A stretch of DNA of 63,912 nucleotides, the filler included, from Octopus bimaculoides (taxonomy: Eukaryota): assembly GCF_001194135.2 (NCBI RefSeq). It is 9 parts of 5 records of this genome, joined end to end, with 100 filler letters (N's around TTAATTAATTAA, not from the genome) between each part and the next. Parts side by side here need not be neighbours in the genome. Positions count along the whole stretch, not along the records: positions 25,468 to 27,772 come from NC_068987.1; positions 27,873 to 41,508 come from NC_068986.1; 7 more parts are not named here. One strand, written 5' to 3'. The notes under the pieces were generated by a model. That model was not told where the DNA came from. It saw nothing but the letters and a program-made list of their open reading frames with translations, and did not search any database. This document shows, in pieces, positions 25,891-38,455 of the stretch. The first letter of the stretch is position 1. Every line of letters begins with the position of its first letter. Made by a program: the position numbers and the translations under genes.

Positions 25891-26160
25891 CATTTGAGAG
25901 ACATGCAAGACATGGATGCGGAGGTCTTCAAGACAAAACTTGACGCTTTCCTCTCCACGATACCAGACGAACCAATGGCTCGTAATGAGACGCAGTTTAG
26001 GGCAGCTGTGTCAAATTCTCTTATACACCAGATGTGCCATCAAAACTCTTGATTGGACCATGTCAGGTGAGGGAGAAGAGCCATGCAAGGAACGTGAAAA
26101 TCACGGTGGTGCACCAGCATGACCGCAGCCACTTGGCTGAAACACATAAATAAATAAATA
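25891..26160 (+). mobile_element. 5'-truncated CR1-group LINE 3' end (ORF2 C-terminus, 3' UTR, (TAAA)n tail)
   Basis: HLRDMQDMDAEVFKTKLDAFLSTIPDEPMARNETQFRAAVSNSLIHQM..* (stop 26050-26052), then GGTGGTGCACCAGCATGACCGCAGCCACTTGGCTGAAACAC(ATAA)n; clade uncertain. Confidence 0.85.
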
Positions 26161-27474
26161 CATACATACATACATACATACATACATACATACATGCAAG
26201 CATGCATGCATGCATACATACATACACACATATACATATACATATACATATATGTATGCATGCACAAATATATATGTACATATGCATGTATGTATGCGTT
26301 TATAAATATATATATGTGTCTGTGTGTACGTGTGTGTGTGCGCACGTGTATGTGTGTGTGCGTGCACACACACACACACAGGTTAGAAACGGTTATGGAC
26401 TGGATGAGATGAATATCCCCCACCGTATGAAGTCTCCCTAATATTGGCAGTGCCACCCAACAGTGAGCTATTGAGATGACATAAGTATTCCAATTACTTC
26501 AAATTGGTCTTCGCATCTAAAAGTAATTACGTTTAAATTAAATCATAGTCTATTAAGAAGCTTTCAAAAGGCTCTTGAAAATCCTTTTAACGCGCCTCTA
26601 AGAAACGAATAACGAAATACTAGAACGAAATTCACCCTATCTTATGGAATGTTTTGATTTATACCGCTCTCTTTTGTAACTGCATTTTTGTTTATATAGA
26701 CTTTGTTTCGGTTAGTTTTGAAAATAATGAAAGATTTCGCAAATAATTGTCATTATTAAACTGCTGTTCGAGACATAAATTAACATAAAATTTTGATGGA
26801 AGATCTAAATTTATCTGCTTTAAAACAGAAATTTTGTATCATCAAGCAAGAGCGGTTTCGGGCTGATTTGTATCAAAACGGTTAACAAAACACCGATTTG
26901 GAGGCTTTATTCATTCCTGCTACTATCAGCCGCCAAGACTCTTATAATGAACCTCTACGAAGTCTATCTACCTTCTAAATACCACATTCCACTGTCTTTG
27001 AAAAGAATAAACTGGTTAATGAGGTCTTAGGTTTTCTGCACGTAGGAAAAAGACAGGATGGTCACGACTGAAATGCCTTTGATGCTTTGATTCGCAAGTG
27101 TCCAAGATAAACTTCATTGACACTTCATTGATTTCATCGATTTAGACGGGCCTGTGGAGGTCATGTTTAATGTTCCCTCCTCCAGACCAATAAACATAAA
27201 TAATTGTAAGTGTTTCATAATGGAAGATGCTTTTAGAACTGATAGAATAAGTATTAAGAATAGTTTCGGTTCAATTGCTTATACTTATCTCCTATAAAAT
27301 AATTAAACTTGTGACTCATCAATAAAATCAATGTGTATAAATAACTTGTATTTTTACTGGTTTAAAACACGCCATATACGTTTTATATTGGTGTTCATTG
27401 ACAACGAATATAATGAATATTTGACTCTGTACAAAAGACAAAGATTTCTTTTTAATTTTTAATTCTTAAACATA

Positions 27475-27750
27475 AGACGCACCCGTGGCTATGTGGTAAG
27501 AAGCATGCTTCCCAACTACATGGCCCCGGCTTCAATCTCACTGTGTGTAACATTGGGCAAATGTCTTCTACTATAGCCTCGGAACAATCAGAGACTTGAG
27601 TGGATTTGGTAGATGGAAACTGAAAGAAACCCATCATATATATGTGTGTGTGTATGTCCTCCACCACTGCTTGACAACCGATGTTGATGTATTTACATCC
27701 CTGTAACCTAGTGGTTCGGCAAAAGAGACCGATAGAATAAGTACTAGGTT
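27475..27750 (+). mobile_element. SINE family A
   Basis: Head and body, cut off by poly-A and a gap. Confidence 0.9.
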
Positions 27751-27872
27751 TAACAAAAAAAAAAAAAAAAAANNNNNNNNNNNNNNNNNNNNNNNNNNNN
27801 NNNNNNNNNNNNNNNNTTAATTAATTAANNNNNNNNNNNNNNNNNNNNNNNNNNNNNNNNNNNNNNNNNNNN

Positions 27873-27929
<57 letters not shown>

Positions 27930-28477
27930 TACACATACACGTACACACACGCGCGCACACACACATATTTGTCCATGATGTGCAATTACTTCTATTTGCA
28001 CAGTTTCTTTCTTTTTCCCCCCTTCTTACAAATTCGCTCGCCCTCTGATCAGATGTACTCCATTCTTTTCGGATGCATCTATGTTCTTAAGGCTGCTGGA
28101 AATAAGGTAGAACAATTGCTACGCTATGGACACTGATGCTGTCCTTTTCTTTAACGTCTTGTCAGTTTTGCAGAATTTTTTTATAGCTGAGATTGTCTCC
28201 CCTTCTGATATGGATCTGGTCCCAACTGCTATTTGGTAACTGGGACACATCCTCTAGCGGCAGAGATAATTTTAATGAAATCGATAATTTATGCTGTACG
28301 TTATTGGAAATATCTGTATTTGTGTATGTTGTTCATACATGTCATTAGTTACAAATTATTTTTCATAGTTCTTTTGTTGAATACGTATATAGATATATAC
28401 ACACATAAATACATACATATACATATGTGTGTGTGTGTGTGTGTATAAGTATTCAATGTATTTGTGTATCTGTGTGT

Positions 28478-28515
<38 letters not shown>

Positions 28516-28831
28516 GTAAATTTATCTCTGTATATAGATAAAATAGCATAAATGGAACATTCCTTAAGAAGGACAGTTTTTATACGTGAAGTTTACGAAA
28601 TCATAAAAAATTAACGCAGATTTAGTGCACGGTGAATTGTACACCGATAAATGGAAGAATTAATGAAATATATATTAACGTTACGAGTGAAACGTTTATC
28701 AAGTCGATCAAGAAAGTAATAAGCAACGAACAAAGAAAAGGGGGAAATAACAACGGAAAAGGACGAAACGATTCCTGTTTAAATGTGTTAATTATGTGAG
28801 CATCTTTCGCGTATATCTTTTTAAGACTGTA

Positions 28832-29513
28832 TTTGTGGTCCCCAAAGGTTCCCGGACTAGTTATGCTTAATAAAAAAATAACTTATTTACCTACGTTTTA
28901 ACATCATCTCCTTCGAAATAGTCACCTTGCGCAGCAGTACACCGGTCCCAGCGTTCCTTGTTTTTGTTGAAAAACTAATGAGTAAGGAGAATTTGGTAAA
29001 GAATCCAATTCTTCGCGATTCACAGATCTAGTCGATTTCGCCGAATGTCCACTTTCAAACGCTTCAAGACATCGCATCGGTCTGGTTCTGGGGGAGGAAA
29101 TTCTCGATACACAGTACCACATTTCCGGGAGTTACGCTCGTGGCACATCTTCCATACCACGGTTTCTCAGGGACGTTCTTCCGCTTTTGTGGCGCTCAGC
29201 CACTCGAAACATTGCGTACAACACATTGACTCACCGAAGCATGCTAAATGTCTCTGTAGCAGACTTTCCAAGTTTAACGCAAAATTTCGCGTTAGCTCCT
29301 TGTTCTATTTTGCTGTGCATGACAAAATTGCAGACTGCAGCATACACGCGATCACAAGAACACAAATTTCACAATTGCGTAGTAAGCACAGCAATATCAC
29401 TCGGCACACTCCTTCATGAAGGTCACTGCTAGCACTCATTGCGCACGTAGTCATGTGCTACCATCTGTTGGCACGCTACAGAACTAATCCGGGAACATTT
29501 TGATACCACCACG
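28832..29513 (-). mobile_element. Internally deleted mariner transposon
   Basis: About 30-bp imperfect TIRs (GTGGTCCCCAAAGGTTCCCGGACTAG / CTAATCCGGGAACATTTTGATACCACC); minus-strand remnants EQGANAKFCVKLGKSATETFSML, DVLKRLKVDIRRNRLDL, LPNSPYS, KERWDRCTAAQGDYFEGD. Confidence 0.9.
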
Positions 29514-29544
29514 CATGTCTTTATATAAATTGATATATTTTCCA

Positions 29545-29610
<66 letters not shown>

Positions 29611-29650
29611 AGATATGTATTTATGTATGTATATATGTGTATATATGTAT

Positions 29651-30010
29651 GTTGGCACTCAGTCGGTTACGACGACGAGGGTCCCAGCTGATCCGATCAA
29701 CGAAACAGCCTGCTCGTGAAATTAACGTGCAAGTGGCTGAGCACTCCACAGACACGTGTACCCTTAACGTAGTTCTCGGGGAGATTCAGCGTGACACAGA
29801 GTGTGACAAGGCTGGCCCTTTGAAATACATGTACAACAGAAACAGGAAGAAAGTTGTAGTGAAAGAGTACAGCAGGGTTCACCACCACCCCCTGCCGGAG
29901 CCTCGTGGAGTTATAGGTGCTTTCACTCAATAAACACTCACAACGCCTGATGTGGGAATCGAAACCACGATCCTACGACCGCCAGTCCGCTGCCCTAACC
30001 ACTGGGCCAT
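29651..30010 (-). mobile_element. SINE family C
   Basis: High identity to 23152-23534. Confidence 0.92.
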
Positions 30011-31360
30011 ATGTATATGTATATATTATACGTATGTATATATATGTATGTGTATTTATATATATATATATGTATGTATGTTTGTATATATAATTATGTA
30101 TGTATGTATGTATGTATGTTTACACGCATGTATTTATGCATATACGTATGAATATATATAGAAATAAATATGCTTGTGCATGTGTACATTTTTATGCTTT
30201 AATATTCGGTTTTATGATAATCTACGCCTTTTGTCAATATCTGCACGTAAGATTGACTGGCTTTTATTGCACTTATTTCCCACTTAGTCCAGTCTCTAGA
30301 ATGAGCTTTATGCTCTAACTCAGATTTTAGGCGAAATAATTAATTTATAACCCTTACTCTTCTTGTGACAATCTAGAGAGCCTGTTGTTACTTTTATTTG
30401 TTTCATCTTATATAGATATATATTGTTATATTGATTTACGTTTCATGTGTATTACTTCTTTATTTATGATTTCATCTTAAATTTGATAATTATTTTGTTT
30501 TGTTTTTTTCTCTCTTTCCTTTCCTATTTTTGTATTTTTTTGCGTCTTTTGCTCTGAAGTTCATTTTCTCCTGTCTCACCTTTTCTTCTATTCTATTTCT
30601 TCTGTCCTCTATAATAGAAGTTTTCATTTAGTAAATCGTGTCTTAATATAACTGCCTCCCCTTCCATCCCTCTCTCTATCTGCCTTTCTTTAACCTCACC
30701 ACCAGAACATCACCCTCTTCCAAATATTGTATCCGAAACATATCTCTTTCTCTTTACCTTTCCCTCCCCATCTTACAACACGTCATTAACACTTCTCTTT
30801 CTCTCTTTTCTCTCACCATGTTTTCCTCTCGCTCTTCGCCTCTCTCTCTCCAACTAACCACGTAATGCATTATACTCCTCTCTTCTTTCTTTTCTGCTCA
30901 CATTCCTCCCCCGCCCTGTCTCTCACTTTTACTCCATCTCTCACTCACTCTACCCCCGTCTCTCTAACTAACTAAAGGCAGGATTTTCTATAGATTATAA
31001 TTATAATAGACTCTGTCCTGTTATATGATGTATACTTTTGCCACTATGGATAATATGAGAATATATGGCATATCTACAATAATTATAATTTAAGTTTTAT
31101 CAAATTTCCTGGTGCTGATACAAAATAATGAAATGGATAGTAATTTTCTGCAGAAAAATAGTTAAGTAAAGCAAATTTCTTACTTGTATATTTGGAATAA
31201 ATATATGTAATTATTTTTCAAAATGCTATTCACAATCGCAATTAGCACCCTCAAAAGCCTATTTCTGGATAATTTTAATAAAAATTAACGTAATTTTCAG
31301 AAAGTTACAAGATGCTCATCCCGAACCGCTTATGTTAACTCTCTCTCTTTCTGTTTCTCA

Positions 31361-31401
<41 letters not shown>

Positions 31402-32163
31402 NNNNNNNNNNNNNNNNNNNNNNNNNNNNNNNNNNNNNNNNNNNNNNNNNNNNNNNNNNNNNNNNNNNNNNNNNNNNNNNNNNNNNNNNNNNNNNNNNNN
31501 NNNNNNNNNNNNNNNNNNNNNNNNNNNNNNNNNNNNNNNNNNNNNNNNNNNNNNNNNNNNNNNNNNNNNNNNNNNNNNNNNNNNNNNNNNNNNNNNNNNN
31601 NNNNNNNNNNNNNNNNNNNNNNNNNNNNNNNNNNNNNNNNNNNNNNNNNNNNNNNNNNNNNNNNNNNNNNNNNNNNNNNNNNNNNNNNNNNNNNNNNNNN
31701 NNNNNNNNNNNNNNNNNNNNNNNNNNNNNNNNNNNNNNNNNNNNNNNNNNNNNNNNNNNNNNNNNNNNNNNNNNNNNNNNNNNNNNNNNNNNNNNNNNNN
31801 NNNNNNNNNNNNNNNNNNNNNNNNNNNNNNNNNNNNNNNNNNNNNNNNNNNNNNNNNNNNNNNNNNNNNNNNNNNNNNNNNNNNNNNNNNNNNNNNNNNN
31901 NNNNNNNNNNNNNNNNNNNNNNNNNNNNNNNNNNNNNNNNNNNNNNNNNNNNNNNNNNNNNNNNNNNNNNNNNNNNNNNNNNNNNNNNNNNNNNNNNNNN
32001 NNNNNNNNNNNNNNNNNNNNNNNNNNNNNNNNNNNNNNNNNNNNNNNNNNNNNNNNNNNNNNNTTATATTGATGACCTACCAATGTATACAGTGAGTTTC
32101 TTTGCCCTAGGTTTTGAGAAGACACTCGGCAAGAAATGAAAGCAAAATTGAAAGAAAAAGAGC

Positions 32164-32194
<31 letters not shown>

Positions 32195-32214
<20 letters not shown>

Positions 32215-32360
32215 GTTTCAAATTTTAGCACAAAGCCAGCAATTTCGGGGTAGAGGAAAAGTCGATTGCATCGATGCCAGTACTCAACTTGTACTTATTT
32301 TAACGACCTCGAGAGGATGACAGGTAAAGTCAACCTCGGCGGAATTTGTACTCAGAACAC
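32195..32360 (-). mobile_element. SINE family B, 3' part with (AAT)n tail
   Basis: Central motif and tail variant 2. Confidence 0.8.
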
Positions 32361-32495
32361 CCAGACAGCGAAAGGCCCCTTTTAAAGGGGCGGCACTTTT
32401 GGGTCTGCTGTAGGCAATATGTGTTTTTTTGTGGGAGTCCGGGAGCGGCAAACAGAAGGACTGCCCCGGGCGGCAGACACTCTAGTTACGCTAGC

Positions 32496-32772
32496 GGGTT
32501 GTGGTCAATGAGAAGAATAGACCTGATACCAATAATAATTGGCGCACTTGAAAGTCTTAACACTCGACTACTAACATGGCTCAAAAAGATTAGTACAAAT
32601 GTAAAGATAGAACACCTACATAAGTCAGCATTGCTTGGAACGGCAAGAATCCTTCGCAGGGTTCCCGAAACATGACCAGCAAACAAGTGCCACAGCAGTC
32701 TGCTGGTTATAGACAGTGGATACTTTCCATCGTACCCAGTAAAATAAGCCAACAGTTTTCATCAAATAATAA
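32496..32772 (+). mobile_element. 5'-truncated R4/Dong-like non-LTR retrotransposon 3' end
   Basis: GLWSMRRIDLIPIIIGALESLNTRLLTWLKKISTNVKIEHLHKSALLGTARILRRV matches the C-terminal IPI.IGALG..QK.ALLGTARILR motif of REL-endonuclease elements; short AATAATAAT tail. Confidence 0.8.
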
Positions 32773-33377
32773 TATACTACTTCATGTGAGATAAACAGAA
32801 ATAAACATGCCATAGACAACGGTTTCGCCTGCTCAAGTCTCGTGTCTGAAGTTGTAATTCCAGAATAATAATTCTAGGATACTGTTGTATTTTGGGATGG
32901 TAATTGGGGGGGGGGGGGTAGCCAACTAAACATATAGACTATATATTCATTCTTGACTTGTTTATTACAGTTCTTATTCTTACTCATGTCCATTGTCCGG
33001 AAATCTTTCATCCCACATCTGTAACCTCCTCAGCGACACATTCCGTCCTCGTGTGTGCTTTTACTCTGTTTATTCCATTCATGCAATACAAATTCATAAA
33101 TGTAAAATTCTAGGATATTTTTCGGAGCACTTGACTGGTATTATATTTTGTCAGTTCTACATACATACATACATACATACATGTGTGTGCGTGTGTATAA
33201 CCCCCCCCCCCTCGATCATGAGTGACCATGGGATTGCACCTAGAAAGTTCCCCTCCGAGTTACAAGTCTGAGCAAGGTTGTTTCTGGAACATCACTAGTC
33301 GCCCAGACATACCAGCATACATAGAAAGAGAAAAGGGAGCCTGACAGAGGAAGGAATCAAACAAAAAATTGATAGAC

Positions 33378-33425
<48 letters not shown>

Positions 33426-34024
33426 GAGAATAAAAGTTCACTCAACACGTTTCATCGAGGGTTTCTTTATTAAGCATTTCAATGTTGAAGCATGCATAAA
33501 GCGTCGCGGCTGTGAGAAAACTCAGAAACAAATATACGAATGATTAAGTGTTGCTTTCTAACTCCAGCGAAACCTNNNNNNNNNNNNNNNNNNNNNNNNN
33601 NNNNNNNNNNNNNNNNNNNNNNNNNNNNNNNNNNNNNNNNNNNNNNNNNNNNNNNNNNNNNNNNNNNNNNNNNNNNNNNNNNNNNNNNNNNNNNNNNNNN
33701 NNNNNNNNNNNNNNNNNNNNNNNNNNNNNNNNNNNNNNNNNNNNNNNNNNNNNNNNNNNNNNNNNNNNNNNNNNNNNNNNNNNNNNNNNNNNNNNNNNNN
33801 NNNNNNNNNNNNNNNNNNNNNNNNNATATATATATATAATTACGTATTCATGTATGTATGCGTCAATATATATATATATATTTGCTTGTGTATACACATA
33901 TAAATATGCTTATATATACACATATATACACGTGTATATATGTATACACATGCGTATATATGTATATATATATTGACGCATACACACACACACATATATA
34001 TATATATATACATACATACATGTA

Positions 34025-34077
<53 letters not shown>

Positions 34078-34756
34078 TGTATATATATATATATGTATAT
34101 ATATGTATATGTATACATGCATAGATACATATTTACGTTCAGAGGGAAGGCGGGATTTTTCTTATATTTATTACATAGCCATTATTTCTACTAAAACCAT
34201 TTGGGTTTGATTTCTCGGTCTATATCTTTATTAGATTTGTTGGTGAGATAGAGACCCGTTATGTCATACATGTTGGATTTATTTACTGTAGCTAAATCAC
34301 TTTCAACAGTGCCTCATTTTTGTTTGATTTATTTTCCCTTCAATTTATGTAATTTTCTATTCAAGTGTTCAATTTTTCGATGTGGTGTATTCATAAGGAA
34401 GACGTCTTTGAAAATATTTTATATGCAACAAGCAGCCGGAAATGATTGAAAACTTTTCTTCTGTATAAGATGAACTCAATAATGCATGGTTGTTTGAAGC
34501 AGATGATTATTGACGGCATTTTTGAATGATTTTGTGTTGAATTAATGTAGGCATCTATCTACTGGCTGCTTACAGAAGGAAGCATTAATCTACAAGCTTT
34601 CATCTATGCATAATTCACAAACCTTCAAAGACGTTCCGACGACTCACTGAAATTTAGCTGTGGATAATGCCTGCCTATCCATTTTCTCTCCTTCTTTCTT
34701 TCTCTCTCTGTTTCATTCTTTCTTTATTTCTTTCTTCATATGTGTGTTATGTGATT

Positions 34757-34831
<75 letters not shown>

Positions 34832-35502
34832 TATTTATATAATCGGAAAGAGGGACAGAAAAAGAGACAACATATGAGATAGAGATAGAAGAATAAAAAA
34901 ATAAGGNNNNNNNNNNNNNNNNNNNNNNNNNNNNNNNNNNNNNNNNNNNNNNNNNNNNNNNNNNNNNNNNNNNNNNNNNNNNNNNNNNNNNNNNNNNNNN
35001 NNNNNNNNNNNNNNNNNNNNNNNNNNNNNNNNNNNNNNNNNNNNNNNNNNNNNNNNNNNNNNNNNNNNNNNNNNNNNNNNNNNNNNNNNNNNNNNNNNNN
35101 NNNNNNNNNNNNNNNNNNNNNNNNNNNNNNNNNNNNNNNNNNNNNNNNNNNNNNNNNNNNNNNNNNNNNNNNNNNNNNNNNNNNNNNNNNNNNNNNNNNN
35201 NNNNNNNNNNNNNNNNNNNNNNNNNNNNNNNNNNNNNNNNNNNNNNNNNNNNNNNNNNNNNNNNNNNNNNNNNNNNNNNNNNNNNNNNNNNNNNNNNNNN
35301 NNNNNNNNNNNNNNNNNNNNNNNNNNNNNNNNNNNNNNNNNNNNNNNNNNNNNNNNNNNNNNNNNNNNNNNNNNNNNNNNNNNNNNNNNNNNNNNNNNNN
35401 NNNNNNNNNNNNNNNNNNNNNNNNNNNNNNNNNNNNNNNNNNNNNNNNNNNNNNNNNNNNNNNNNNNNNNNNNNNNNNNNNNNNNNNNNNNNNNNNNNNN
35501 NN

Positions 35503-35665
35503 GAGAGAGAGAGGAGACAGAGAGAGAGAGGAGACAGAGAGAGAGAGAAGAGAGAGAGAGAAGAGAGAAAGAGGAGAGAGAGAGGAGAGAGAAAGAGGAG
35601 AGAGAGAGGAGAGAGAAAGAGGAGAGAGAGAGGAGAGAGAAAGAGGAGAGAGAGAGGAGAGGCAC
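35503..35665. repeat. GA-rich tract with a 24-bp higher-order unit
   Basis: GAGGAGAGAGAGAGGAGAGAGAAA repeated about 4 times from 35571. Confidence 0.85.
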
Positions 35666-36472
35666 ACAAAAAGGAGACAGAAATATAAACAAAGGAGATA
35701 AATTTAAAAACAAAAAAATTAAATATGATTCAAATAATATAGATTCGTAACTTTAATGACAAACTTAAGAAAAGCTGTGTTCACTTAATCAGCTTTTATA
35801 ATTAGTTCTCAATTGATGAGACCTGAAGTAATGAACAGGCAAGTTGGACCGTGGTCAAATCTGGATTTAAAATATAAAGGAATGAATTCTGTTTTATATT
35901 CTATGAAAGCCAGAAGTGTCAGGATTTGTGTCTTTTGTAAGGTTACCAAAAATATTGAGGTATTGTTTAAATATATTTTAGTTGATCTTACAGAGAGAAA
36001 ACATGTGAGGATCCTCTACGCTATAGTTCCATATACGAGACATAGCAGGTAAATATTTCTCAAGAATAGTTTGGATAATGTGCCGAGAAAGAAGGACAAG
36101 ATGATAAGGTCAGAGCGCTTTTCATCGAGGCCGAACACAAGCAGTATAATGTTTTGTAGAAAGATTGTCCGAAATTTGCAGACGAAAATATTACTGAAGT
36201 AGTTATTCACGTAGGTTTGGTTTTGGTAGCTAGCTAGTTCAAAGGAACGGAATTTATTGAGGCAGCGAAGTATGAGGTATAAAGATGAAACAGTTAGCCT
36301 GCAATGTTAGATTACAATGTGTTGAAGACTAAATTAATCAAGTGAATTGCCTAGCTATGCGCCATATTAAGGCTAACTGATGACCTAAACAAAGCAATTT
36401 TTCCGAGCTCTACTGATTAAGCGAATCTACCACGCTTGTCCTTCTTTTCTATGCCCCTGTGACACAGATAAG

Positions 36473-36690
36473 AAGGAGGTGAGCTAGCAGAATCGTTAGC
36501 ATGCCGGACATAGTGCTTAGCGGCATTTCGTCCGCCTTGATGTTCTGATTTCAAATTCCACCGAGCTCGACATTGCTTTTCGATCCTTCAGATACAATAA
36601 GTAGAAGCTGGCTGCTGGGATCGATATAATTGACTATCTCCCTCCCCACAAATTCCAGGCCTTGTGCCTATAGTAGAAAAGATTATTATT
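36473..36690 (+). mobile_element. SINE family B
   Basis: Head GGAGGTGAGCTAGCAGAATCGTTAGCATGCCGG; tail variant 2. Confidence 0.88.
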
Positions 36691-36701
36691 ATTATTATTA
36701 T

Positions 36702-36745
<44 letters not shown>

Positions 36746-36831
36746 NNNNNNNNNNNNNNNNNNNNNNNNNNNNNNNNNNNNNNNNNNNNNNNNNNNNNNN
36801 NNNNNNNNNNNNTGGTGGTGGTGGTGGTGTT

Positions 36832-36891
36832 CCGGCGGAATTTCGAACCTGGCTTCTCATTCCTAAGGTATTTTCGATGTTATTATTATTG

Positions 36892-36936
<45 letters not shown>

Positions 36937-37002
36937 CGATCACTACTTTGAATCGAACTAGGAATCTTGGGGTTAGGAGACCGTGCTCTTAAAACTACGC
37001 CA
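36832..37002 (-). mobile_element. SINE family F, 3'-truncated copy
   Basis: Reverse-complement homolog of 37012-37246 (head, (AAT)n, AACATCGAAAATACCTTAGGAATGAGAA..GGTTCGAAATTCC); ends in (ACC)n. Confidence 0.85.
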
Positions 37003-37004
37003 AC

Positions 37005-37075
37005 GGGCATATGGCGTAGTGGTTAAGAGCGCGGTCTACTAACCCTAAGATTCCGAATTCGATTCCAGGCAGTGA

Positions 37076-37162
<87 letters not shown>

Positions 37163-37340
37163 TGATAATAATAACAACAACAACAACAACAACATCGAAA
37201 AATACCTTAGGAATGAGACCCCAGGTTCGAAATTCCCCCAGGACACCTGATGAATGCTGGAGAGTACATCAGCGGAAACGTTCTGTTAGCAATAAACAAG
37301 ACAAGGAGAAATATCAGTCAAATGTAAATAATATACAATT
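37005..37340 (+). mobile_element. SINE family F: tRNA-like head, (AAT)n, hammerhead-containing tail
   Basis: A-box TGGCGTAGTGG, B-box-like GAATTCGATTCC, internal (AAT)n/(AAC)n, then hammerhead motif and A-rich end. Confidence 0.8.
37241..37287 (+). ncRNA. Minimal type-I hammerhead motif in the SINE-F tail
   Basis: GGACAC-CTGATGA-A-TGCTG(GAGAGTACAT)CAGCG-GAAA-CG-TT-CTGTT; intact core, palindromic AACGTT, one stem-I mismatch next to the cleavage site. Confidence 0.65.
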
Positions 37341-37344
37341 TCAT

Positions 37345-38455
37345 CACTGCAGACATATTGAACAGTCCCGTCCGACGGAAATTCCGTGCCTACAGAGTTT
37401 ATCTCGAACCAGTAACGCACCTCATTGTACTGCCAGGCCAAAGACACCAAGAAATTATCGAACGATCCAAAAGTACTCCCAGACAGACTAACCAGTTCGT
37501 TTTCATCGATGTTCAGTGATTGTTGAGGATATCGTCACTCGTTCCCTCTATAAATTGCTGGAGTGGAACGTCTACCGATCTATTGCACGCATGCTGAAAA
37601 CATTCTTGATGTCAGGTGCCCAGTCTCGATCTTTGCTTCATCCACTTCAGAGCTGAGCTACAGGAAGACTAGCCTCCCGAACAGCTACCACTTACACTCA
37701 CTGCCCAGGAATTTCTCAAAGCGACGAAGCTGAAGGGTGTCTGCTTCTCAACAAAGGTGTAATGGCCAGTCTACGGTACTCAGTGTATGGACAGCAGATA
37801 GAAAGCTAGACCAGTGGAACGCATCTCTACCACTAGCATCCAAAAAAGAGACTTTCCAATTAGATTAGGTGCAAAATGGACCAAAATACAACGGTTAAAC
37901 TGTAGTTTATGATGGAGGTGATGTAAGCGTTCGCCACCTTCATTCGAACTTTCAGAGACAGCTTCCCCTCATCTCGTTTCAAGGTAAGATTTACCGCCCT
38001 CTTCGTCTCCTCGATTTTGTTCCGGTCCACCTGGTGGTTAGTGTTGACCAGACACCGAGCAGTTTAATCAGTCCGTCGGTCCAATCTAGTGTCGTCAGTG
38101 TCGAGTTGTTGCTCCAATTACGAAGCTTGTGAACCCACCAACTTGTCCATGTTCATATTTGCTCTTGCCACAGCTTCGTATTCCTTCCAAGTGGTGCCGA
38201 TCACCTCCACTCAAATGATATCAAACACTATGACACTGACATCCTCCGCATATGTCAACACAACCCTCACTCTCCTATCCCTAAAAGGATTTCAAAAGTT
38301 TCAGCTTCCACAGTAGACACGAAAAAGAACCTCTTGAAGGTCCGAACTGCGAAACAGTCCTGAGAGGTGACAACCGAGCACATGCTGCGGTTTCATTGCC
38401 GCAATCCGGCCCGTAAACACAAGGCGAAATCGACCACTTTCAACACAATCGTCAA
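37345..38455 (-). pseudogene. Tx1/L1-clade LINE reverse transcriptase fossil
   Basis: Minus strand VLTYAEDVSVIV (YADD-like, 38241-38252), KEYEAVARANMNMDKLVG, WTDGLIKLLGVW, KLSLKVRMKVANAYITSIINYSLTVV; many stops and frameshifts. Confidence 0.88.

Noticed and set aside
32368-32495. GC-rich segment ending CTAGTTACGCTAG, resembling a DNA-transposon end
   Set aside because: No partner TIR or TSD found in the window
35815-35875. TTGATGA-GACC..GGTC-AAAT and other partial CTGATGA hits (12715, 21030, 36377, 40975, 32814-32847)
   Set aside because: Missing GAAA, stem I or stem II; not supportable as hammerheads
37012-37075. tRNA-like sequences here and at the heads of families A-D
   Set aside because: No complete cloverleaf or acceptor stem; they continue into SINE bodies, so they are SINE heads rather than tRNA genes
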